Shown here piece after piece: positions 1 to 10,993 of a DNA stretch of 64,000 bases. The DNA comes from Eukaryota sp. TZLM1-RC (taxonomy: Eukaryota; Protista; Metamonada: BaSk clade). The position numbers and the translations under genes were made by a program. The stretch spans positions 2,790,001-2,854,000 of the forward strand of contig JAUPSS010000001.1 of assembly GCA_040285825.1 (NCBI GenBank), written 5' to 3'. Every line of letters starts with the position of its first letter. The first letter of the stretch is position 1. Below the pieces are notes generated by a model. The model was not told the DNA's origin. It made no database searches and worked only from the letters and a program-made list of their open reading frames with translations.

Positions 1-1542
1 CCGGTGGAGTAATCAATCATCTAAGGTAAAACATAAACAAAACAAACTTGATCCGAGTTGCCATGGTCAGCAGTGATTAAAGCCTCACCACCATAATCAG
101 TCATCCAAAAGTTAACCAATTTGCCGACACATTCATCAACAATGCCACAGGCTGTCTTGGCAGCATCAAAATTACCAGTGTGTCCAACCATACTGTGGTG
201 AAAGATGACAAAATGCATACTCTGCGTTAGCATAGTTCACAACAACAAATTTGTAGTCCTTATCCTTGGATAACCTCTTGATGAGTTCTTCAGTGATGTT
301 ATAGGCCTCCATTTCTGGATGAGAGGCAAAAGAAGAAGCATCAAACCTAGAAGGAACCTCTACTTGGTCTTCAAGAGGGTATGGAGTGGTACTCTTTCCA
401 TTAAAGAAAGAAGTGACATGCCTGAACTTTTGGGTCTCGGATAATCTTAATTGCTTCAATCCGGCATTTGAAATAACTTCACCTAAAAGATTAGACATAC
501 CAGAACCTTCAGTCATTGGGGCGATAAGGTAGTCAGCAAATTCGCTGTAATACTGAGTGAATCCAAGGTATGTAACCATGGGAGTTTCCACTTTTCCACC
601 ATATTTTGAGCGGTCAACAAAAGCATAAGTCAGCTGGATAGCCCTATCTTGGCGGTAGTTAGTATGAATGAAGCAATCACCATTCTTTACTCCTTCGTAT
701 CCTTGCAAAACATAAGGAGGAATGTACTCATCGGTCATCGGAGTATTGTCTGGTGTTTTGTCTTGTTCGTAGCTTTCTTCAACGGCTTCGGTTGGTTTGC
801 TGGCCTGACGTCCATTTGCATTGACGATACAGTCCAGGGCAATGTCAGTGAGATCCCAGTTCTTTGAGCGGTCCATTGCGTAGTAACGGCCCATAAATGT
901 ACCAATGGAGGTGTTACCAACCTCAGTCATGACTTGTTCCAGTTCTGGGGTTAATTTGAGAGAAGTAACCAACGTGCAATGTACTCCAAGGTAGATCGTG
1001 GTGGTGTATCACGACCGTCTAAGAAGGGATGAATAATCATCTTACCTTCAGGGTTCTCTTCCCTAGCACGGCGCATCATTTTGAACAGGTGATCACAATG
1101 TGCATGGACACCTTCGTCTTGCAACAATCCACACAAATGGAGAGTAGATCCATTCTTTTTCCAGTCTTCGATCATGGAATTCCACTTAGGTTGAGACCAT
1201 AGTTCGCCAGATGCACACATGTCGTCAATACGTTTAAGTTCTTGTACAACACTAGAATGAGGAAACAATGGATGATACTTACACTCTCTAAGATGAGTGA
1301 AAAGAGACAAAAGATACTCCAGCACCGATATTTAAGTGACCGGTTTCAGAACTACCTTGGAAGCCAGCAGGTAAACCGACATATTCACCATCAGTACGAA
1401 TGGTAGTCCATGGGTAAGACTGTTTCCATAAGTTGTTATTGGGAGTTTTTCCCTCAGTTGAGGCAGCAGCGATGGCATTACCACGATTCTCATCGTTGGA
1501 TCCCCAACCATCTCTAATGACAAGAAGTACCGGCTTAGACAT
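1..1542 (-). CDS. gpmI: 2,3-bisphosphoglycerate-independent phosphoglycerate mutase (iPGM); spliced, 3' end runs off the window
   Basis: Motifs [56 protein letters not shown] and TADHGN. GT-AG introns at 1288-1317, 1252-1282, 945-973, 193-220 and 21-47 join the ORF fragments in frame. Confidence 0.95.
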
Positions 1543-1649
1543 CGATCAATAAATGTAGAGTAGAGGTTTGGATAATTTTGGAAGTCTTCTACGGTGAATT
1601 TCACTAATCATGCATTCCCCTGTGAAATTCACTCCTGTTTTCAACTCCC

Positions 1650-1860
1650 TCAGTGTCTACTCACAGGCTGTAAGAGACATGTAGCATCATTTGACAAAGA
1701 CAATCATGATCTTCATCAATGGGCTACCTCACTTAAATACACCTACTGCTTTCACAGAACAAAGCCTCGCGACTTGATGTATCTAAGTGGATCTACCAAA
1801 TGCTACTAGGGCATTTGTAGATCGGTCTCAAAAGTTTTTGTTTCTGTATGCTCAGGTTCG
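1650..1860 (-). ncRNA. Candidate Fanzor omegaRNA scaffold; ends uncertain
   Basis: Directly 3' of the Fanzor stop. Series of hairpins with G-U pairs that work only on the minus strand, plus two GNRA tetraloops (GCGA, GAAA). Confidence 0.75.
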
Positions 1861-1864
1861 CCAT

Positions 1865-3820
1865 TCATCTTCTCAACAGAGCATCTGGGCAAATGTATCT
1901 TTCAGGCCACAATTCCGCTTTCTTCTTAATTTGAATATTTTTTGCAGCGGAAATATCTCTGTCATATACTATTTGACACTCAGTACAAATACGCATCTGC
2001 CATGATCCTGCTTGAATATTCTCGGCCATGCAACAACTTGACATTTTGCTTGTATTAAATTCACTGGTTGACAAGTGCTTCACGTCCTTTTGATAACACA
2101 ACCATTTTCTGAAAGCCCTTGCTGATCCATATCGATTGACTTTTCGGCAATGAGAAGGGAAATTAGCAGAACCCACAGCAAGATAGAGTTTTTCAGGATG
2201 TCCAGCCAGCCTTTGAAATTTGTTGAGACTCTCTCTGAACCGTCTTTCTTTTCGTCTGCGGTTATCAAATTTAATTATTTTCCATTTCTGGCGATTACTT
2301 TCCAAATACACTTTCCTCCTGACCAAATTCCAATGGTTCAAATATTGGTTGAAATTTTGAACGGAATATTGGTTGGGAGAGTGTTTACTGGGTGTAGGTT
2401 TTGTCATGTATCTTCTGCCAGTTGGACAAGGGATAACTCCACATTGATTATCATTTAAGAAGTAACCACATAATCTTGATTGGCCAAGATCAACGCCGAT
2501 AAGGGGGCTTTCAGGTAAAATTTCGACTGGATGTCTACGTCTTCGACGGGGCATTTTTTTAGTACCCTTCAACTGTGTTTCTCTGGTTTTGTTGGCATCA
2601 GGGTCACTTTTCATTTCATTTTTTGATCTTCTTTTCTTTTTCCGTGGTTCATCCAGCTCATCTGTGTTTTCTGAGTCATTATTTTTACCTTCAAAGGTCA
2701 AAAGCAGTTCATTACCATTAGTTTTCAATAAAATTTTGTTAAATCTATTTTTCAAACTTTTTCTGTTGATATTGAATTTTTGGTAAGGACATTGTTTGAA
2801 TACTCGTTTCAGACATGTATTTTTGATAAACTTTGTTTTGGAAGATGATCCTTCAATAATTGGAAATTTTTTCACAGAGTGGAAAATTTGTGAAGGTACC
2901 TCAATAAATTTAGAACCTTTATGAGAAGCTAAAGGTATTATTCTAAATTTCTTCCAGCAATGCATATGAGAAAAGAAAGTGAGTAAGTATTGTGAAATTT
3001 TAAGATTGAAGAGAAAAAGCTCACTAATTTCCTTTGGTGAAAAAGTGATTTTATCATGTGAGGACAGTAGGGAGGCAGTGGCAGGAAATCTTTGGAGGAG
3101 ATTCAAGATAAACCTACATGCATTCAATAAAAAAAATCTTTCTCTTGAATTATTCAAATTGAAATTGATGAGGTATTCAAGAACAGAATCAACTACTACT
3201 TCCTCGGGTTGGGCTAGTAGTTCATCTGGCAAAAGTGAAAGAATATTATTTGCAAAGACATTTGTTTTATTCAGGGCTCTACAATGAGCACGAATAAAGT
3301 TTTTTGTCCAGGATTGACAAATTTTGGGTAAACTTGTCTTCACGTTGGAGGCCAATTGACGAGCCCGACAAGCAAGGTAAGGAGAAAGCCCTTTTCTATT
3401 GAGAAAATTACAGTTCTGGGACTGCAGCCAATCATTGAGGAAAAGATTGAATGAATTTCTGTAGGGCACTAAAGAATTTTCCCACACAGAAACAAGAGAC
3501 CTGTCTTGGGGGCATTCAGGAAGAAATCCATTGTAAAAGATATGGAGTAATTGGCGTTGGCCTTTAGATGTGGAAGGCTTAGGAAAAGAACCAGTGGTGA
3601 TGACGGTCATAAACAGATACCATACATCCTGTTCCACTAAAGCTCTAGATGCCAACGGAAAATTTAGAAGAAAAGATTGAAGTAATAAAGAAGCTTCATG
3701 ACAAATCTCGGTGACCACTGGAAGGTCAGTCCGAATTTGTTGCACCGCTGCAGGGGTCAGCAGCGAGTTAAGTGCACAAGACCGAGTGAATACACGTGAT
3801 ACAGAGGGGGTGTCTGACAT
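1865..3820 (-). CDS. Fanzor (Fanzor1-like eukaryotic TnpB homologue), RNA-guided endonuclease, 651 aa, intact
   Basis: RuvC-I GVDLG, LAVGSANF, RuvC-II SEFNTSK, zinc finger CC...CTEC and RuvC-III DRDISAAKNI. Intronless. Confidence 0.88.
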   Translation of the reverse strand: MSDTPSVSRVFTRSCALNSLLTPAAVQQIRTDLPVVTEICHEASLLLQSFLLNFPLASRALVEQDVWYLFMTVITTGSFPKPSTSKGQRQLLHIFYNGFLPECPQDRSLVSVWENSLVPYRNSFNLFLNDWLQSQNCNFLNRKGLSPYLACRARQLASNVKTSLPKICQSWTKNFIRAHCRALNKTNVFANNILSLLPDELLAQPEEVVVDSVLEYLINFNLNNSRERFFLLNACRFILNLLQRFPATASLLSSHDKITFSPKEISELFLFNLKISQYLLTFFSHMHCWKKFRIIPLASHKGSKFIEVPSQIFHSVKKFPIIEGSSSKTKFIKNTCLKRVFKQCPYQKFNINRKSLKNRFNKILLKTNGNELLLTFEGKNNDSENTDELDEPRKKKRRSKNEMKSDPDANKTRETQLKGTKKMPRRRRRHPVEILPESPLIGVDLGQSRLCGYFLNDNQCGVIPCPTGRRYMTKPTPSKHSPNQYSVQNFNQYLNHWNLVRRKVYLESNRQKWKIIKFDNRRRKERRFRESLNKFQRLAGHPEKLYLAVGSANFPSHCRKVNRYGSARAFRKWLCYQKDVKHLSTSEFNTSKMSSCCMAENIQAGSWQMRICTECQIVYDRDISAAKNIQIKKKAELWPERYICPDALLRR

Positions 3821-4015
3821 GTAGTGAGAATAAAGAGCTCATCTATCAAATTTTACACTTGTCACCCATTTTCGACTTCTGGTTGCCTATTCTGGGAGGT
3901 TTTTAACCCTCAACTTGGTTTTGGGAGGTTTTCACTATTCCCACACTTTCCCCTCACTTCATAAACTAGGTTCATAAACTAGGTATCCTTTGTAAAAGTT
4001 GCACTGGAGTAGTCA

Positions 4016-4420
4016 ATGACATCCATATACGACCACCTACTACCATGCTTTCTATCTGAGTTCTCTGCTTGTCACATGAACTGCTTTTATCACAAGCCTC
4101 CCCTTCTTGCTCAATTTACAGACCACCGATCTTCGTTTATCAATATTACACTGAAGCACCTCCTCACCTCAGTAATCCGCTCTCTTAAACTCAAAGATCC
4201 ATCCATAACAATATACTCTTCCTACTCTGTCTTTCACTCACATTTACCCCTCCTCTCCTTATCCCAGCGAAAGACACTTTGTGAGATCATCTTCTCTACT
4301 CTTTCGCCCTTCCATCCTTCTTCTTCACCATTAGATCCTCATACTCCATTTTTCTCTCCTGATTCTCTTCATCACCTCACGCACCTTACCACTACCCTAC
4401 TCCAACAAGAGGAACATTAA
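4016..4420 (+). CDS. Hypothetical protein, 134 aa, divergent from the Fanzor
   Basis: ATG-initiated ORF followed by an AT-rich tail with AATAAA. No recognisable motif. Confidence 0.3.
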   Translation: MTSIYDHLLPCFLSEFSACHMNCFYHKPPLLAQFTDHRSSFINITLKHLLTSVIRSLKLKDPSITIYSSYSVFHSHLPLLSLSQRKTLCEIIFSTLSPFHPSSSPLDPHTPFFSPDSLHHLTHLTTTLLQQEEH

Positions 4421-4727
4421 TGTAATGTAAGATGCTTTTGTTAAATTAATTAATAATAAATCTAATATTCCCTTCGTTTACCATTGTTAGGCCTGGTGGA
4501 CAGTGTTAGGCCTGTTGGAGCGGTAACAGTCTTCTAATAATAGTTTTTACTAATCAATGCCAAATCAGTTCAGGAGCTTCTTAGCATAATAACGTGCCAA
4601 TAATGGTCAAATAAACAACAAAAAACATCAACTATTTATTTGTCAATTAACTTACTTTATTACAGATTGTCTAAATGTACAGAGATATCTTCAACAGTAT
4701 TGAAAAGGGCTTCCAGCTCTCGTTCGT

Positions 4728-6720
4728 CTAGCTGAATGTTAACATAAAAAAATTATTTTTGTCAATTTTGGCTTTTTCGGAAACAGTTAAGGGGTCCCTA
4801 TATTTTGATTGAGCCATTGGAATAAAAGAATCATTACAGACATCATTGGATCTCACATCTGTAATAATGGTAGTACCTTCAAGACCTTCAAGCATTAAAT
4901 CAGCTCTATTTTGACCAAAAGAATTCAAAGTTTCTTCATCAACCTAACGAGAAAGCAATGGTTCTAAATAAAAACTTTATAAGTGTGACTTTAACATGCA
5001 ATGATGCCGTAGGTTGGAAAAGTTGGTTAAGATAAAGGCAATAAGGAAAAGTGAATGATGAAAAGGTTGATTTATTTTCTCATCATAACATATAAGCCTT
5101 AGGGCGCCAACACTGCTTCTTCCCTTTTTCAAAATAAATCAGCTTATATGAATATGAAGCAAAACTATAACAAATTATTAAATAACTATAAAAACGAAGA
5201 ACTAAATACTGAATTCTACTGTTTTCTATTGTCTACAATTATCTTTGTAGTGATTGGGATTCACACAAACACTGGTTTCACATTTTTAAGATCGACAATT
5301 GATGTACTATGACTCTCCTACAATAATGTTAGTATAAGGTAGTAAGTAATAACTGAAAAGGGCCTCGTTCCAAGATCTGTGTGTTTGAATACTTTGTTGT
5401 GTATGTTTTAATCGCTACATAAAGAAGCTGTGCTTCTTTCCTTTTTTCTAAACGAGAAACGTGGTAGTGTCGTTTAGTAAAGGTATCATGGAATCGAAGA
5501 ATGGATTCGCTGATGATCATGCAGGGTCTATGTTAGATCAAAAACAACAGTAAGCAAAGTAACAAACCTCAGAAACGTGAAGGCGGCGTCTGTTGTTGTT
5601 AAAGTTCGGGCTTTTTGACTAAAAATATCAGAGGAGCAAGGACCGTATCTTTGCATTGTAATACAATATTAGTGGAGGTGGAATCTCTATTCGTCACCTC
5701 GTATGTAGTCGATTTTTATTGTGTTTGGCTCCCTAAGTCCCCTTTGCAACCCAAAGTTTGAAGCCCAACCTTTTTTCCTCTCTTTGGGGTCTGCTTCCAT
5801 AAAGGAGGGAGCTGCTCAAACAAACAGTAATTTGTAGGTTCGGGATGAGCTTCCGCGTCCTTCATAATTTGTTGGCGAAGTCCTTTCTCTTCGTCATCCA
5901 GTTCGTCTAAAACGGACTGAAGTTCTTCATATCCTTAAAGGACTGTCGAGTTTTCAGAACTTGAACCAACATTTGCGTTTTTTGGTGAGGAGGGGGGTGG
6001 TCCCGTTCCTGAACCTTTTTGTGGCATTAAGTTGGACTTGGAAGAGGCGGGAGTTGGTTCCGTGCCTGTTTCCATCGGTTTTCCTTGAGGAGGGGCGGAG
6101 AATGGTCTCGAGCCCGAGTCCTCTACTATACTAGTCTCTGCTACTTCTCTTACTACTCCTTCTGTTGACTGTATGCTAAATGCATCTCTTTCATGTTCCT
6201 GCATGTTAATTTTGATGGTGTCAGTGTTTTGGCTGGAAGGGACTGACATGATATCTGCTAAAGATATCCTCTGTAAAGAATGCTGGGTGTTGTCAAAGTG
6301 GTATACCGTATACCTATTTACCTATATGGCCAATAATTATTGATGCCGTAGGTTGGAAAAGTGGGTTGAGATAAAGGCAATAAGGAAAAGTGAATGAGGA
6401 AAAGGTTGATTTATTTTCTAATCATAACATATAAGCCTTAGGGCGCCAACAGCAATAGAGTTGATCTCTCACTGCATCATGAACTTTTGATCGGAAAGTA
6501 ATAAAATACTTACATTTAAGCAAATGATTTGGAGTAATAGTCAATCCACATTTACAGCGCAATTATGAGCCACGTCGTAAAGGCAAATATAACATCGGTA
6601 ACGCATTGTACAAGAAAAAGTGGTATAATCTCAAACTAAAGCATAGATTTAAGGAATATGAGTGATCAAACACAAAGAAGCAATTTTTTGGGCGTGTAAC
6701 AAAAATTAAACCGAATGTCT
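4728..6720 (-). pseudogene. CRE/SLACS-like non-LTR retrotransposon remnant (CCHC/RLE region), interrupted by LTR element C
   Basis: RSKVHDAVRDQLYCM and RADLMLEG..IITDVRS..EKAKIDK match the copies at 36462-37294 and 44681-46114. Confidence 0.75.
5002..6451 (-). mobile_element. Element C: non-autonomous (TRIM-like) LTR retrotransposon, 1450 bp, with 111-bp LTRs at 5002-5112 and 6341-6451
   Basis: TG...CA direct repeats, GCAA TSD (4998-5001 and 6452-6455), PPT complement at 5113-5130. Interior is related to the elements at 16848 and 25061. Confidence 0.9.
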
Positions 6721-7426
6721 ATGAACGTGTGTACTTGTGTGCTATCAATGTACATAAAATTTACAAAACAAAAACAACTTCAGCAAAACATTTTATTACT
6801 TATTGAGGGGACATATAGATCTATTGTGTCCTTCCTGGACACAAATACCACACATACGCCTTCTTGTTCTTCTTGCAGCAACTGAGGATGAAGCTTGTCA
6901 ACAGTGAACTGTTGTTGTACTGTTGATAAACCTCGGTCTGCTTCAATTGAACAGATTTTAGTGTAATAGATTTACAACTTGATCATGAAGCTAAGAAATC
7001 ATCTTGCAATATGATAATGTTTCCACTTCAACTTTGCAGACTAAGTATATCATCACCAGAGTTAGCGTTAATCTTCTATATGATTGATTTCTAGTAGAGT
7101 CCTTCACACAGCTTAAATCAAATACAGATTTTGCATATTTGATTGATAGAATTTTTGTAATCAATTCATCAATCACCAATTTCTGTTATCAAACTGGGAA
7201 CAACAAATTTTGATTCCACAACAACAACACTGAAAAATACAAAATAATCAGAGATAAACAATATTGTGATATATAAAATTACTCTGAAAGTTCATTGGTG
7301 TTGAGAAACCCCATTATACTAGAGGAAAACAATAGTAAAATAATTGCAACAAATCTAAATGATCAAACGAAACAAAAGTTCCCGGAGAACCTTACTTTTT
7401 GCAATTTACAACAAATACAAACACAA

Positions 7427-7972
7427 TCAGTCCTGCTTGGCTTTGCAAACACTGGTAAGGCGACTCAACTTTAAAATCACCAGGGTAATATCAAGAAACA
7501 ACCCAAACAGGAAGAAACCTAGACCAACGGCCAAGCGTAGTTTAAAAGATAAGGATTTACTGACAATGAAAAATCCCAAACAGAAAAGAGCAACAGGGGT
7601 AATCAAAAGGTTTACAAAAAATCCAACAGAAAAATTGTCATTAATGTCTGATGTGTTCATGTTCCATACATCAGGGTCTATATCCTTGACAAGGTCCTGG
7701 TACTGCATTCTATTTAAGGTTTCAGTATTGCAAAAATGGGAGTCATCAACTTGAGCTGACGAATCGTCAAATAAAACAGTAGAATGTAGTAGAATGTTGG
7801 ACAGACGGTTTTCGGATGGATTCAGAAACCCATCAATCCACAGTAGGTCATTTATAGAAAACTTATGAGCCTTGGAAAGGTGTTTCAGACGTTTCAAAGA
7901 AGCCTCATTATTACAGTTAAGTAAAGCGGCATGTACTAATGACCGAAAATCAGGAGTAGATTGGTAGTGCAT
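7427..7972 (-). CDS. TMEM199/Vma12-like V-ATPase assembly factor
   Basis: About 180 aa with YQDLVKDI followed by two C-terminal TM helices, as in Vma12/TMEM199. Confidence 0.55.
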   Translation of the reverse strand: MHYQSTPDFRSLVHAALLNCNNEASLKRLKHLSKAHKFSINDLLWIDGFLNPSENRLSNILLHSTVLFDDSSAQVDDSHFCNTETLNRMQYQDLVKDIDPDVWNMNTSDINDNFSVGFFVNLLITPVALFCLGFFIVSKSLSFKLRLAVGLGFFLFGLFLDITLVILKLSRLTSVCKAKQD

Positions 7973-8027
7973 ATGTTGGGTTTAATAAACCAAGATTTAT
8001 TTCCTTTTCGCATTTCAAATCAAATCA

Positions 8028-9680
8028 ATGTCTCAGACCGCTCCTTCTGTATCGTTGTACGTCGGTGATTTACATCCCAGAACTACCGAGGAAGAACTCC
8101 GTGAAACCTTCGGCAAGGTAGGAACCGTGTCTGGTGTTTTGGTCCTCAAGAATATGTATAACTCCAAGCCACTCGGTTATGCCTACATTAACTTCGCGAC
8201 GACAGAAGATGCCCAAAAAGCGTTGGACCAACTCAATTACACCAAGTTTCACGGAAAACCATGCCGCCTCATGTTTTCGGACCGCAATCCTGAAAAGAGA
8301 AAGAGTGGTGTAGGTAATCTCTTCGTCAAGAACATTCATCCTGACATTGATGTTGCCCGCCTCCGTGATGTGTTTTCCCAGTTTGGTGCTATCCTTTCGG
8401 CCAAGATTTCCACAGACGAGGAAGGTCGCAGCCTTGGTTACGGGTATGTACAGTTCCAGGACTCGTTATCTGCTGAAAATGCCCTCAAGGAGTTGAATGG
8501 AAAGGAAATCTCCGCTAGAGATGATGCCGAAGCCAAGAGTGTTATCACTGTTCAAAAGTTTATTCCTGCCACTCAACGCTATAAGATTGTTGGGGGTGTC
8601 AAAATCACCACAAACACTTTCTACAAAAACCTTCCACCGACACTGACTGAAGAAGAATTCAAAAAGCTCGTTACTGCTGACGGTAAGCGTGAGCTCAAGG
8701 CTTATCGCTTAACACTCAAGACAGAAGTTGGTCGTAAAATTGCTTTTGCTGATTTTGCCACAGTAGAACAGGCTCAGGAAGCTGTAGAAGAAATTCAAGG
8801 CCAGAAGATTGATGAATACGAAATTTATGCAAACTTCTTCCAACCTAAGAAGATCCGTGCCAGAATCCTTGAAAAGAATTATTACAGAACGTTATCTGAA
8901 CTGAAACAAGCATCCAAGGACAGAAATCTCTGGGTAGGTAATCTTCCACAAGATTATACGGACGACCAATTCATGAAGCTGTTCGCTCCATTCGGAAAAA
9001 TAACGTCCGCAACTATTATGAAGACCCCTGGTGGAGTTTCGCGACAATTTGGTTTTGTTTGTTTTGAATCCACAGAAGAAGCTAAAAATGCTATCTCTAA
9101 TTTAAATGGAAAGATCCCTGATCAAGCTCTTCAACCTCTCAAAATCTGTTTCTTTAAGCCCCAAAAGGAACGTATACAATTGAAAAAACAAGAAGCCGCA
9201 GTTCGTACCTACACTGGTCCAATGACGCGTTTTAATCCCCATCATGCTTATCGCTCTGGCAAAGCTAGACCAGGTTTACCTGGTGCAAGACCAACCCAAG
9301 AAGTTTACACTAAGGGTGCACGTAACGTCATGCCAGCTGTAACCTCACAAGAAGTTCCTCAAGTTAGTGTCCCTCCAGTTGCTGGTTCAGTCTCTGTAAC
9401 CCAACCCTCAGTTCCTGCTGTTGAAACTGGAGCTGAACCTTTGGACGAAAAACAACGTTTTATTGAATTGTTGAAGAATGAAGATGATGAAGCTGCCAGA
9501 CGCGAAGCTCTTGGTGACCGTTTGTACCCTCTTGTCGAGGCCAAAAATGCTGAACTAGCATCCAAGATTACTGGTATGATTTTAGCTTTGGAATGGGAAG
9601 AAATTGAAAAGGCTTATTTGGACGAAGATTATCTTAACGATACAGTGAATGAAGCTGTTCAAATCTTGAACAGTAAATAG
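8028..9680 (+). CDS. PABPC1: Cytoplasmic poly(A)-binding protein (4 RRM + MLLE/PABC)
   Basis: SLYVGDL, LGYAYINF, RKSGVGNLFVKNI, RQFGFVCF and C-terminal LGDRLYPLV...ASKITGMIL. Confidence 0.95.
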   Translation: MSQTAPSVSLYVGDLHPRTTEEELRETFGKVGTVSGVLVLKNMYNSKPLGYAYINFATTEDAQKALDQLNYTKFHGKPCRLMFSDRNPEKRKSGVGNLFVKNIHPDIDVARLRDVFSQFGAILSAKISTDEEGRSLGYGYVQFQDSLSAENALKELNGKEISARDDAEAKSVITVQKFIPATQRYKIVGGVKITTNTFYKNLPPTLTEEEFKKLVTADGKRELKAYRLTLKTEVGRKIAFADFATVEQAQEAVEEIQGQKIDEYEIYANFFQPKKIRARILEKNYYRTLSELKQASKDRNLWVGNLPQDYTDDQFMKLFAPFGKITSATIMKTPGGVSRQFGFVCFESTEEAKNAISNLNGKIPDQALQPLKICFFKPQKERIQLKKQEAAVRTYTGPMTRFNPHHAYRSGKARPGLPGARPTQEVYTKGARNVMPAVTSQEVPQVSVPPVAGSVSVTQPSVPAVETGAEPLDEKQRFIELLKNEDDEAARREALGDRLYPLVEAKNAELASKITGMILALEWEEIEKAYLDEDYLNDTVNEAVQILNSK

Positions 9681-9932
9681 TTTTTTAGTTTGTGATTGCT
9701 TTGTCATAACTTCATAAAAGAAAAATTTTCTACAATTTAGTTCTTGCCCGCGTGACATGGGCTATTTTAATTTTCACAATTAAAAGATTGCCAGTCAAAA
9801 TAACAATAAAAACAGACTGAAGCAGTTCATTCAATCCTTAAATAAAGTTGACGAATTAATTATGAATTGTGCCACAATTTTTTTTAAAATTCCAAAATCT
9901 TCAATTTATTTCTCCCCAAACATATTTCTCCA

Positions 9933-10730
9933 ATGCCTGCACGATTGTCACGTCAACAACAGTTTGCTTTAACCCACTTTTTGGATGTCACCCAGTCTGA
10001 TAGTACAACAGCTTTGTCGATCCTCCGACAGCACAACTTTAATGTAGAGACTGCACTTAATGATTTCTTTACCAGATCTCCAGTTCCTATGGAGGATATG
10101 TCACAAATGGAATCTGTCTTTCATAAATACGCAACAGATATTGAAGGTACAAAAACCATTCTTTTCGAAGGTTTCTCGCAACTTGCAGAAGATGTTGGAA
10201 TAGACCCTGGTAACATCAGGTGGTTGGTGTTTCTCTGGAAATCCGAGGCGGCCATCATGGGAGAAATCACAGAAGAAGAGTTTATTCGAGGATGTCGCAA
10301 AGTGGGTGCTCTCAACCTTCCCCATTTCTCCCAGAAACTTGCTGATATGCTTCACTACATAGAAGATAACAGATCTTTTAAACAGTTTTATAAGTGGTTA
10401 TTTGGTTTGAATTTTACATTTTTTCATCACAGATTACTTAAAGGTTGATCCTGAGCACAAGTCAGTTAGTATGTAAACTTCTTTGTTCTCATTTCAGCTG
10501 TTGATAATGCTGTCCATGCCTGGCGTTTGGTCTTGACTGATCGGTGGTCCTTGACTGAAGATTGGTGCAACTTTGTGTCTCAACAGTCAAAACTCAAGGT
10601 TGTAACCCGTGATTTGTGGAATGAACTGCTTTCTTTTATTGAAACAGTGGGTAATGACCTTACTAAGTGGTCTGCTGATGATGCTTGGCCATCAGCAATT
10701 GATCAATTTTGTGAGTTAAAATTGGTCTAG
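9933..10730 (+). CDS. DCN1: DCN1-like cullin neddylation E3 (UBA-like + PONY domain)
   Basis: N-terminal UBA-like FNVETALNDFF, MGEITEEEF, DLWNELLSF and C-terminal DAWPSAIDQF. Introns at 10405-10432 and 10469-10497 restore the frame. Confidence 0.88.
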
Positions 10731-10993
10731 AACTTGGGTTTTATTTGCAATTTTTAGGTCTGTGCGTGTCTTGTATTTATGTTTTTGTACTTCCTTTTCT
10801 TACAATAAATGGTTATTCAACAAATGGTTATTGCTGAAATTAAATTTTATATATTGAATCTTCATTGATTGGGGAAGTGTAAAATTGAAATTTATTAATC
10901 AATTATGTCAATTTGACTGGTTTTGACCTCCCTTGACTATCACATTCTCTCTCAACTTTGCTTGTCTCATCTTTTGGGAGTTAACTTTTTCCC

